Shown here: piece after piece, positions 17,573 through 26,278 of the stretch
Layout of the letters: each line of letters begins with the position of its first letter
Numbering within the stretch: the first letter of the stretch is position 1
IMG/VR virus record: IMGVR_UViG_3300025881_000006
Span: 79,324-143,323 of that record
Length of the DNA: 64,000 nucleotides
Reading direction: 5' to 3' (one strand)
Source of the DNA: a virus
Translations under genes and position numbers: made by a program
Notes under the pieces: generated by a model
Seen by the model: the letters and a program-made list of their open reading frames with translations, nothing else
The model's database searches: none
Told to the model about the DNA's origin: nothing

Positions 17573-18128
17573 AGACAGAGCTCAATCAAACAGAGATGTG
17601 TTATTGGATTCACAGACTCGTGAAGCAATGGACACCATTACAAAACTATCTCATCAAAAGGCAACTATTGACTTAGATACGTTCGTCCGTGTTTATTTAC
17701 CCGCACTGGGACAATCGCATGAAGACCCATTATCTTTAGTACCGTGGGTTAAGCTAGCCGGTGGCCCATTCATGCCCGTAGACGTAGTCTCTAACGGTCG
17801 TGTAGTACATACGGTACCTCCACTATTAAATCGTACCCAAACAGTCTTAAACAGCACTAACGGGCAATCTCTTTCCAATCTAGTTGAGATAGCTAATAAG
17901 AAACGTGATGTCTCACCAAACTTAGGCATTAATCACCTACGTCAAGGACTAGAAGGTCGTGTGCAGGATAGACGTGTGGTTGTATCTGAACTATTAGAGT
18001 GGAATAGCATATTAACAAAATACGGTTACTCACCTATTGAGATTCCAGATGCTGTTAAGAACGCTGACCCAAGCGAACCTGCAAGTAATGGTAACGATAA
18101 CATTTTCACTGAGTACGAGGACTTATAA
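17565..18128 (+). CDS. conserved phiKZ-like hypothetical protein
   Basis: W...AGGPF..V.V....G.....VPPL pattern; synteny. Confidence 0.65.
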   Translation: MAKDRAQSNRDVLLDSQTREAMDTITKLSHQKATIDLDTFVRVYLPALGQSHEDPLSLVPWVKLAGGPFMPVDVVSNGRVVHTVPPLLNRTQTVLNSTNGQSLSNLVEIANKKRDVSPNLGINHLRQGLEGRVQDRRVVVSELLEWNSILTKYGYSPIEIPDAVKNADPSEPASNGNDNIFTEYEDL

Positions 18129-18142
18129 CTAAGGAACGCACC

Positions 18143-19267
18143 ATGGCATATAAAGGTAAGCACCTCAAGATGGCATCCATATCGGATATTCACTTAGGAC
18201 ATAGTAACACTCCTACAGTGGATGTGATTGCACGTCTTAGGGAAACCTTTAGAGATTGTGATGAAACGGGTGAATTGGATATCATCTGGCTGGCTGGGGA
18301 TATATTTGATAAGTTATTATTCTTTCCAGATAACAATGTACATGAGTTGCAGTTGTGGATAAATGATTTCTTACGGATGTGTAGTAAGCGAGATATCGTA
18401 GTACGTGTATTAGAAGGTACACCATCTCATGATAGGGGGCAGGGTAAACACTTTGTAACTATAAATTCACTAGGTGGGCACAACGTCGACTTAAAATACG
18501 TAGACACGTTAAGTATTGAATACATAAAACGATTTGACATCAACGTACTTTATGTTCCCGACGAATGGGACCATGACCCTAATGTAACGTGGGAAAGTGT
18601 TTGTGGGTTGTTACAACAGCACGGATTGGATAAGGTAGACTATGCTATTATGCACGGTCAGTTCGAGTATCATTTACCTGAACATCTTAAATTGCCTTCA
18701 CATGAATCCAAGCGTTACCTTAGTATTGTTAAACGCTATATCTTCATTGGACACATTCATCTTACTTCTATTGTAGAAAGAATACTGACTGCTGGAAGCT
18801 TTGATAGGATATGTCATAACGAGGAAGGACCTAAGGGTCATTTTAGAGTTCAAGTATCCGACGACGGTAAACATGATAAGATTACATTCGTTGAGAACAA
18901 ACAGGCTACTAAATACATTACAATAAACTGTATGGAAGTGAGCATTGAAGGTGTGTGGGAACGTCTAGCTGAGTATAAAGAATATCCAGCCAATAGTCAC
19001 TTTAGATTACAGTGCACTAAAGACAGTGAGATACGTCACTCGATGTCAGAGGTTAAAGAACGATATCCTCTTTTCCATTGGAAGCTTAAAATAACCGCAC
19101 AGGAGACGGATGGTCAAACTGCTACTACAGGACTTGTGGATAAGTTTGTAGCAACTGAAATATCCCCCGGGAATATCTGTGCATTGGTCCAAGAAAAACT
19201 AAACGCTCAAGAGTTAGATAGTCGTGTATTACAACGTACTATGTTACTGCTTGATAAGGTAATTTAA
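18143..19267 (+). CDS. sbcD: SbcD/Mre11-family nuclease
   Basis: Metallophosphoesterase motifs SDIHLG, AGDIFD, GTPSHD, MHGQF, GHIH. Confidence 0.88.
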   Translation: MAYKGKHLKMASISDIHLGHSNTPTVDVIARLRETFRDCDETGELDIIWLAGDIFDKLLFFPDNNVHELQLWINDFLRMCSKRDIVVRVLEGTPSHDRGQGKHFVTINSLGGHNVDLKYVDTLSIEYIKRFDINVLYVPDEWDHDPNVTWESVCGLLQQHGLDKVDYAIMHGQFEYHLPEHLKLPSHESKRYLSIVKRYIFIGHIHLTSIVERILTAGSFDRICHNEEGPKGHFRVQVSDDGKHDKITFVENKQATKYITINCMEVSIEGVWERLAEYKEYPANSHFRLQCTKDSEIRHSMSEVKERYPLFHWKLKITAQETDGQTATTGLVDKFVATEISPGNICALVQEKLNAQELDSRVLQRTMLLLDKVI

Positions 19268-19268
19268 G

Positions 19269-19826
19269 ATGTTAACATTAGAACAACGTATTCAATACGC
19301 TATAATAAAAACAATAGTTCAATCTCACAGCTTTATAAGAAAAGATGCTGCGCAGATAAAAGAAATGTTACACGAGTGGGGAGTCCACCCCTACAAAGAC
19401 ATCTCTAAGGTACCAGAAGGTCCAGTTAGAACCATAAAAGAAGCAATGCCTGACAATGCAGCTTTAAACGCATTAATTCAAAAGGCAGTGCAGTATACCA
19501 AAGGTGGTTATTCGTTTAGGAGTAACGTCTTTGAAGAGGAGATAGTGCCAAGCGAAGAGTTACGCTTAGTATTGTCAGATGTTTTAAGGAAAGGCGAGGT
19601 GTATGACTTCTTTGATATCATTAGAAGGTACCCGCCGGGTGTAACCCATAAAGGATGTTGGGATTGCAACAGCCCTCTAGTTGGGGGAACCAGTCTACCA
19701 TTTGATATACTTTGGTTCTTAATCGGACCCAGTGTACGGATGCGACAGGGTAAACTATGTCAGCCGTGTATAGAGAATCGCACGAGGGCCATAACCGAAG
19801 GTAAGGGATATGCAATTAAAACGTGA
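19269..19826 (+). CDS. hypothetical protein with C-terminal zinc finger
   Basis: CWDC...LCQPC. Confidence 0.65.
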   Translation: MLTLEQRIQYAIIKTIVQSHSFIRKDAAQIKEMLHEWGVHPYKDISKVPEGPVRTIKEAMPDNAALNALIQKAVQYTKGGYSFRSNVFEEEIVPSEELRLVLSDVLRKGEVYDFFDIIRRYPPGVTHKGCWDCNSPLVGGTSLPFDILWFLIGPSVRMRQGKLCQPCIENRTRAITEGKGYAIKT

Positions 19827-20619
19827 ATTAGGGGAGTTTGGTGTTTCTATTGGAACATCTGTAGCCCTAGAAGAAGGCTTAGTGCCTTTGGATAAATATC
19901 CACAGCAGATTTGGATAAACGTCAAAACGATATATCGTAATCTCTACAGTGCTCTTTCTGAGAACGATACTTATAACCATCCGATGATATTAGAAGACTT
20001 AGTAGAAGAACTATCCCTGATTGATACCGCTATTGTAGGTATTACTAGTGGGAAGATGGACACTGTCTTTTATTTACCATCGTACAAATCTCTAGCAAAG
20101 CTTTTTCCTAAGGCTTTAATAAAGAAACCTAAGACACCCATTCAGTTAACGTATAGCGTGACCATGGATGATGTGTTGGAAGAATTCCTAAAGGGCAAGT
20201 ATACTGACTTTAGGTTGGTACAGTGTGATTGTGCTGTACCGGGTGAGGATAAAGATAGTTTAATGATAACTCATTACCCTGTTGATATTCTATCTAAACC
20301 AAACTTCTCTCGATTAGCCTTACTGGAAAGTCATACTGGTAAGATAAAGAAAGAGAATGCGTGGAATAGTAAACTTACCTCAGGTAAACAATTACTTAGA
20401 ATACCTTTTAATGTGCTAACATTACAAGTATTTGGAGACCAAGCAACTCACTTTAATTCAATGCCGCATCGGGTTAAGCAAGACTTAATTGTACTGGCCG
20501 ATGAGCGTAAATGGAACAGTCTTACCACTAGAGATAAGATAGTTAGTGACTTGCAATACGTTAAAACACCCCAGCACATCCAACTCTACAAGTCTTTACT
20601 GGCGTGCCGTGTAAGATAA
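19810..20619 (+). CDS. conserved phiKZ-like core protein (gp66-like), possible nuclease fold
   Basis: SIGTS.ALE, WINVKT..RN, THYPVD, LLESHTG; sits directly before the ChmC-like gene. Confidence 0.6.
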   Translation: MQLKRELGEFGVSIGTSVALEEGLVPLDKYPQQIWINVKTIYRNLYSALSENDTYNHPMILEDLVEELSLIDTAIVGITSGKMDTVFYLPSYKSLAKLFPKALIKKPKTPIQLTYSVTMDDVLEEFLKGKYTDFRLVQCDCAVPGEDKDSLMITHYPVDILSKPNFSRLALLESHTGKIKKENAWNSKLTSGKQLLRIPFNVLTLQVFGDQATHFNSMPHRVKQDLIVLADERKWNSLTTRDKIVSDLQYVKTPQHIQLYKSLLACRVR

Positions 20620-20671
20620 TACAGCAAACTGTTATTACATGTAGACTACAACTAAAAATTGGAGAAGTACC

Positions 20672-21358
20672 GTGAGCGATTTCAGACCACCCCCTCGTAA
20701 AAAGAACGCGTTAGATGAAGGTAAGCTTAAGATTATAGGCGAACCTCAGAACGGTTCTAAGCGTAGACCGACCCTTGGTTGGAGTATCGTAAAGAATCAT
20801 CCTCGTATCGACGTTTGGACTAACATTGATGGCGACAAGAACAATGGTAATATTCGCGCAGCAATGGATAGCCCTACATTCTTTGTACTGCTAACATTCT
20901 TAAAGCAAGCAATCGAAGCAGAACCCGGCTTTAAACAAGCTGTTGAAAACATGGGTTATACTTGGTTTCAGAATAAACGCTCTGAAGAAACTAAAGTACT
21001 TTCTACCACTCACATCGGCAAAGACAAAAACGGTATTGTTTACATCTCTGTAGTTGCTCATGACCGTCCTAAAATTAAGTTCGATTTCCGTTCTGGTATT
21101 TATCATAAGCTGCGTAATGCAGATGGTTCTGATTTTACTAAAGAGCAAGACTCCATAGCTTACGCTAGTGCGTACCTTGGTCTACTATCCGGATTAGTTC
21201 CAGCAGTACTTGAAGGTGAGTACGTGGAGCCACCCCCTAGAGACATGAATGGTACTGGTGGCAATGGCGGCGGCGGTTGGAAAGGTAATAACAACAATAA
21301 TAGTCAGGCACCTAAAGCAGCTGCTAGTAATGACTTTGATGACGACATTCCATTTTAA
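20672..21358 (+). CDS. chmC: ChmC-like nucleic-acid-binding protein (phiKZ gp67-like) with SSB-type C-terminal tip
   Basis: Directly upstream of the sigma-like nvRNAP subunit; beta-rich core, G/N-rich tail, ends DFDDDIPF. Confidence 0.7.
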   Translation: MSDFRPPPRKKNALDEGKLKIIGEPQNGSKRRPTLGWSIVKNHPRIDVWTNIDGDKNNGNIRAAMDSPTFFVLLTFLKQAIEAEPGFKQAVENMGYTWFQNKRSEETKVLSTTHIGKDKNGIVYISVVAHDRPKIKFDFRSGIYHKLRNADGSDFTKEQDSIAYASAYLGLLSGLVPAVLEGEYVEPPPRDMNGTGGNGGGGWKGNNNNNSQAPKAAASNDFDDDIPF

Positions 21359-21404
21359 TTAGTCATCTATAATAATAATAAATCAGTCCTTTACCGGACT
21401 CTTC

Positions 21405-21437
21405 GGTAGGTCCGTATGGACCTACCTTTTATGACAT
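21405..21437 (+). terminator. terminator with TATGAC variant
   Basis: GGTAGGTCC-GTAT-GGACCTACC plus TTTTATGAC. Confidence 0.8.
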
Positions 21438-21452
21438 TCGACGTCAATACAC

Positions 21453-21463
21453 ACCTACATTAT
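21453..21463 (+). promoter_or_regulatory. probable early promoter ACCTACATTAT
   Basis: Match to the repeated motif; upstream of an nvRNAP subunit. Confidence 0.7.
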
Positions 21464-21499
21464 CAGCACGTATACAATAAATAAGGTGCAATAGTATCC

Positions 21500-23050
21500 A
21501 TGAAACTAATACCCTCCCAATTCAATAACAAAGCTGTGACCGCCGTAAAGGTTGAACATGGCTCTCAGAATATAGAATGGTCAATTGGTCTATATGACCG
21601 TGCGACACTTAAACGCAAGGAGAATCTGTTTGACAATGCAAACCTTTATCTCTCTACATTAGATAAAGATACACACGCTAGAATCTGGAACGTGTATAAA
21701 GATATCTTTGATTCATTGGAAACGGTAGATAATACCGAAGTATTGCAGCGTATGGTAACTGAATCAGTAAGTGACCTATATGCAATACTAGATGTAGACA
21801 ACTTACGTTACTGGTCAAGTATGCATGGTCAGTACACCTATCCACCTAATCTTGCTGACGACTATGGTCCTAAACATACTAAGGAATTAACCTACCTTAG
21901 AAAAGACTATACTGGTTTACTATTCTTATCTACTGCACTGAGATTCATGGTGCCTATATGGGGAGAGTTTATTAAGCGTTACAAGGGTATAACGGGTACT
22001 GTATACAAAGAATACCTAGGTGCGATGATATTGGGACAATCAGAACTATTTACTTCACCTGAAGTAGAACGGTTACACGAGTACATTGTAGCTACAATTG
22101 GTTCTGGTAAGATTACACCTACAGCTATTCATGGTGGATTAGGCAGTGCCGACCAACCTGATTGGTTACTATCGCTTACTCTAATTCGTAGATTGGCAAT
22201 AGCAGAAAGCTTTGATGCAGAACCTTCTATTATCTCTAGTATCTATAACTTCCTAACCAGTAACATTGAAAATATGGATAAGAAGTTTGGACAAGGTAAT
22301 AAAGTGTTGGATAAGCATCCGCCAAATGGTGGTGGTGATATTGAGGATAACTCTTCAGTGGCTGAAAACTACCGTGTTAATCAAATGGTATCTGATGCAC
22401 CTGCTATCATTAACAGTGTATATGTAGAAGATGTAAAACGTTTAGCATGGTTAATAGAGCCTGACCTGCCAGAGTCATTATTGAATGCTTGTGTGAATAA
22501 GCTAATCAAAGACTCGTCATTAGAGATAGAACCCTTTAGGATAAACCTAGTGGGGGTAATAGTAAGAGAACATATATCAATACGTTCCTTACATTCTCTA
22601 GATTACGTGACACTACTTCGGTTAATCGGATTAACACAAGCCATCTTGTACTTTCATGAGTACGTAGACTTGGCACAGCTTATTACTGCACGTGGGAAGG
22701 ACCCAGACCTTTCAGTAATAAGAAGTAACATGATGGGCTCGGAATCCCGCTCAAGGCTCTCTAAAGAGCATACAGAGGCTCTGAATCTATTGTATCCATA
22801 CTACAGGCAAATTGGTCGTAGTACTGAGCGTAATAAGAACGATAACGTAGGTATTCAGTTTATCGAATCTTTTAATCGCGATACGTTAACGAGAGAGTGG
22901 TATTATCAATCTCCTGTTCAGATACTTGAACGAGGTGTAGGTAACGGCAAGCCATTCTTCATTCCAACTAACCTTAAGAATATCTTAGCTGGCTTAATCT
23001 TAGATAAGTTAGGCAGTAAAGAACCCGAAGAAACCGTTCAAACGGTATAA
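21500..23050 (+). CDS. nvRNAP sigma-like promoter-specificity subunit (phiKZ gp68-like)
   Basis: 516 aa helical protein; YLRKDY..L..LS..LR.MVPIWGEFI; position before PicA and nvRNAP beta genes. Confidence 0.78.
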   Translation: MKLIPSQFNNKAVTAVKVEHGSQNIEWSIGLYDRATLKRKENLFDNANLYLSTLDKDTHARIWNVYKDIFDSLETVDNTEVLQRMVTESVSDLYAILDVDNLRYWSSMHGQYTYPPNLADDYGPKHTKELTYLRKDYTGLLFLSTALRFMVPIWGEFIKRYKGITGTVYKEYLGAMILGQSELFTSPEVERLHEYIVATIGSGKITPTAIHGGLGSADQPDWLLSLTLIRRLAIAESFDAEPSIISSIYNFLTSNIENMDKKFGQGNKVLDKHPPNGGGDIEDNSSVAENYRVNQMVSDAPAIINSVYVEDVKRLAWLIEPDLPESLLNACVNKLIKDSSLEIEPFRINLVGVIVREHISIRSLHSLDYVTLLRLIGLTQAILYFHEYVDLAQLITARGKDPDLSVIRSNMMGSESRSRLSKEHTEALNLLYPYYRQIGRSTERNKNDNVGIQFIESFNRDTLTREWYYQSPVQILERGVGNGKPFFIPTNLKNILAGLILDKLGSKEPEETVQTV

Positions 23051-23086
23051 ACCCCTTACGACAAATATACAAAGAAGAGGCGCATT

Positions 23087-24541
23087 ATGAATACTGGCGG
23101 CAAAATGATTATTAACAAGATGATTATGTACGAAATGGGTACGTATAACTCATTAGCCATCCGTCCTTACCAGTCACATCTGGACATGGATAGTATTAAA
23201 CACTTTAACGAGTTAACCCATGGTGGTACTAATCTTACTACTACTAACTTAAGTGGTATAGCGGGAAGTATCATCAGACCTTCGGGTCAGTCAATTGGTG
23301 AAGTGTCAATGTCTAATGGTTGGGACACACCTAGATTTGCATTCATGATGCAGGTGGAGTTGGAAATCATGGGCGTTAAATCCCATCAGGTGCTAACAGG
23401 TTATACTGACCACGTGGGTTTTAGTTACCACAGTGAATCGTTTGACCCTAACATGATACTGCACTTTAATACCAGCATCCTGTTACGTTCACACATGATG
23501 TCAGGTGCCAATGGTAGGTATCAACAAACGACTGTGCAGAATGCATCTCACATCCTTACAGGTATCCCTACTAAGGATAGAAATGTATATGGTGGCACTC
23601 AAGGTGCAAGTCCTACTGTAAGTATGCGACCTGAAGATGTCTTTAGTCGTATCGGTACACCGATGATAATGGAATCTAGTTACGCTGATGCTATTGATAC
23701 GCGTGTAGATTTCTCACTAGGTGCTAAGAAGTCAAGACGTTCTAACGCTTCTGCACCACAGTACCTATCAAGTGTATTAACAGCACATACCACAGCACAG
23801 CGTCAAAGTGATATTTCTTACGATGATGATAGTGAGATTGCTGGACGTGCTAAGGGGATGGTTAAAGAAGATACTTTTGCTGCTGACTCGTTCTTGAATT
23901 CATTTTCACAGAACGGAACAATACGTGAAGGGGCTACTTTAGCATGGAGTGAGTTGACTTACACCAACCCACACGTTTCTGACTTGTGCGTGGTAGTACG
24001 ACGTAGAGCAGGTGCTCCTGTGCATCAAGCAGGTAGTACTGAAGGTTGGCATGGTTCTACTATAGAAACTATTGCAGCGACTATTATATCACATGCAGTA
24101 CCAGCACTCATGTTAGACTTGATGTTAACAACGGTGCATTTTACGGCTACTAACAGTACTATTGACGGACAGTATGCCATTTCTATTAACCATGTAGAAA
24201 CCTTTGCCAGTGGCATTGACCCTACACCTTACGTCCAACGCTTTATTGATAAAGTGAGATATGAATTACTTGATGACATATCTAAACGTAATCAAATGTC
24301 ATTCAGTATAGATGTTAAATGCGATGCAATAGGTGAAAGCTTTATTCGTGTTTCATTAAATGGACAACCTGAGATAGACTACATGATGCCGTCTTTCTGC
24401 GATGCGTTATCTGCACCCGTTATTGCAGGTGGTATTGATAACCTAATAACAGTGGCATCCGACCTTAATAGCCTTACGAGTAATCTTGATTACACAGCAG
24501 GCAGTACGGATATCTCTTCCCTTATAGCTTCAGGAGTATAA
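23087..24541 (+). CDS. picA: PicA/Imp1-like nuclear import protein (phiKZ gp69-like)
   Basis: 484 aa; RPY, GWDTPRFAFMM, GYTD, MRPEDVF, P.F.DAL..PV; synteny after the sigma-like subunit. Confidence 0.75.
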   Translation: MNTGGKMIINKMIMYEMGTYNSLAIRPYQSHLDMDSIKHFNELTHGGTNLTTTNLSGIAGSIIRPSGQSIGEVSMSNGWDTPRFAFMMQVELEIMGVKSHQVLTGYTDHVGFSYHSESFDPNMILHFNTSILLRSHMMSGANGRYQQTTVQNASHILTGIPTKDRNVYGGTQGASPTVSMRPEDVFSRIGTPMIMESSYADAIDTRVDFSLGAKKSRRSNASAPQYLSSVLTAHTTAQRQSDISYDDDSEIAGRAKGMVKEDTFAADSFLNSFSQNGTIREGATLAWSELTYTNPHVSDLCVVVRRRAGAPVHQAGSTEGWHGSTIETIAATIISHAVPALMLDLMLTTVHFTATNSTIDGQYAISINHVETFASGIDPTPYVQRFIDKVRYELLDDISKRNQMSFSIDVKCDAIGESFIRVSLNGQPEIDYMMPSFCDALSAPVIAGGIDNLITVASDLNSLTSNLDYTAGSTDISSLIASGV

Positions 24542-24544
24542 AAC

Positions 24545-25777
24545 ATGAACCGACTTACAACCCTGTATAAAGACATACTAGAATCAGCAGGCTTATCTGT
24601 AGATAATGATTCAGTGGTATGTTTGCCGACACCGGCTGAGGACGTACCAACTATCATTGATGGTAAGTTCTTAGTATTGCCAACCGATGACATCTTGCGT
24701 AATCCTAATTGGGAAGACACAATTGCATTCCATCCACTATCTGAAAACGTTGTACGTGGCGAAAGTGAAGTGTTAAAGAAATTGCGTGAGATACTACTGA
24801 CTCGCGCTACTAATGTACTGACCGAAGTAACCTCTCAGTTAATTCATATTGCCAGTAACACTAGTATGCATAAGTCTTTATCGCCTACACAAAGTGAGTT
24901 TCTTTCTCACTTGCCGGAAGCTGATAAAAAGATGGTTGATACGTATCTTAAGATGATTGCTTCAAGTAGTCCAGTTGGTGCTAACCGTTTCATCAGTATG
25001 TATTTGAAGCGTGGTGGTACTCATGACGGTGTTAAGTATAACCGTCTTTGCGTAGTAGACCTGCCTGTACTTAATGCAGATGAAGATGAAAGAAGTATAT
25101 TTGGGGTGAAGATGCGAATCAAAGACTTATCGTCTATTCGTGACCTCATCACTTATACACTACCGGGTGATTATACTTGTGGTTCTAAATCACAAACAGC
25201 ACCTTACTTTCAAGCATTACTAATGTCTTACATCGCATTAATGGAAGACTTAAACAAAGTAGTTAAGTTGTTTAAGAAGATATTCCAAAATGGCGACGAT
25301 TTGATTACTGACCTTAGTTGGAAAGCAGAAATCACATGTCTTTCAGATATGCGTGATCTCATTCCTATCTTAGATGGTAACCAAGGTACTGCTGTTAAAG
25401 GTGCTACTGAAGAGCCTAAAGAAGTAGAGTTAAAACCTGCAACGCGCACGGTACAGCGTACAGCGGGTAATAGTCAAGTACAACGTCCAGTTGCCAACCA
25501 ACCTGCTCCTGTTACTAAAAGTAATGATGGAACAATTAGCTGGCAGGACATACAGCGTACTACTCAACCTCAAGGTCAGTATCCTCCACAACCAGCGTAT
25601 GCACGTGGGTATCATCAGCCAGCTCCAGTTGATCCTAACGGCGGTACTTCAGCAGGTCGTGCTCGTGTACAACAATCTCAGTATCATGGTGGATACCAGC
25701 AACGGCCCCAACAGCAGTATGGTGGTTACGGTGGTAATTACAATCCTCATCAAGGCGGTGGGTTTACACCAGTATAG
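24545..25777 (+). CDS. conserved protein (phiKZ gp70-like) with Q/G/Y/P-rich tail
   Basis: FHPLSENV.RGES.V, APYFQAL; low-complexity C-terminus. Confidence 0.7.
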   Translation: MNRLTTLYKDILESAGLSVDNDSVVCLPTPAEDVPTIIDGKFLVLPTDDILRNPNWEDTIAFHPLSENVVRGESEVLKKLREILLTRATNVLTEVTSQLIHIASNTSMHKSLSPTQSEFLSHLPEADKKMVDTYLKMIASSSPVGANRFISMYLKRGGTHDGVKYNRLCVVDLPVLNADEDERSIFGVKMRIKDLSSIRDLITYTLPGDYTCGSKSQTAPYFQALLMSYIALMEDLNKVVKLFKKIFQNGDDLITDLSWKAEITCLSDMRDLIPILDGNQGTAVKGATEEPKEVELKPATRTVQRTAGNSQVQRPVANQPAPVTKSNDGTISWQDIQRTTQPQGQYPPQPAYARGYHQPAPVDPNGGTSAGRARVQQSQYHGGYQQRPQQQYGGYGGNYNPHQGGGFTPV

Positions 25778-25782
25778 TCATG

Positions 25783-25829
25783 ACGGCATAGAAGAGTAGG
25801 TAGCCCCTACTCTTCTTTTTTTGTGCCTT
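25783..25829. terminator. bidirectional terminator with motif on both strands
   Basis: GAAGAGTAGG/CCTACTCTTC between convergent genes; ACGGCATA at 25783 and TGTGCCTT at 25822. Confidence 0.85.
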
Positions 25830-25854
25830 TATACTGTCAAATAATACATAAAAC

Positions 25855-26193
25855 CTAGATACTATGGTTAGCGAGAAATACTTGCGTTAGCCTATCTATT
25901 TCGTTTACTGATGGCATGATGATGGTGTTATTACCGTCATATTCGTTGGGTTGTTTCAGTCCATTGACAGCCATTACAATCCAGTGATATTTAGGTAGGA
26001 CATCTAACTCTAAAAGTAGTCCGTAAAAGTCACCTAGTTGTCTATTGGCACTTTGTTCGCTCACGGCAATCTCTTGTGAATCAGTAGAAGTACGTAGTTG
26101 TTCGATATGCTGCCCTATCATGATGCGGTACTTATCGTTATAGTAAACGTCTTCGCCCCGTTGCTTTGCCAAGGACTGTATTGATAATGCCAT
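25855..26193 (-). CDS. conserved small protein, possibly LysM-like baseplate wedge (T4 gp53-like)
   Basis: Start MALSIQ after AGGAAGG; GDFYGLL....YHWIVM.VNG...P pattern. Confidence 0.5.
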   Translation of the reverse strand: MALSIQSLAKQRGEDVYYNDKYRIMIGQHIEQLRTSTDSQEIAVSEQSANRQLGDFYGLLLELDVLPKYHWIVMAVNGLKQPNEYDGNNTIIMPSVNEIDRLTQVFLANHSI

Positions 26194-26223
26194 AATATTC
26201 CTTCCTACTCCAATAAGCTTCAA

Positions 26224-26234
26224 ACCTACATTAT
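26224..26234 (+). promoter_or_regulatory. probable early promoter ACCTACATTAT
   Basis: Match to the repeated motif; upstream of the nvRNAP beta gene. Confidence 0.7.
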
Positions 26235-26278
26235 TCAGGTAGTACAATACCCTAACAATAACATAGGATACAATATAC

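Noticed and set aside
21368-21381. (AAT)n run
   Set aside because: Short AT-rich microsatellite-like stretch with no supporting context.
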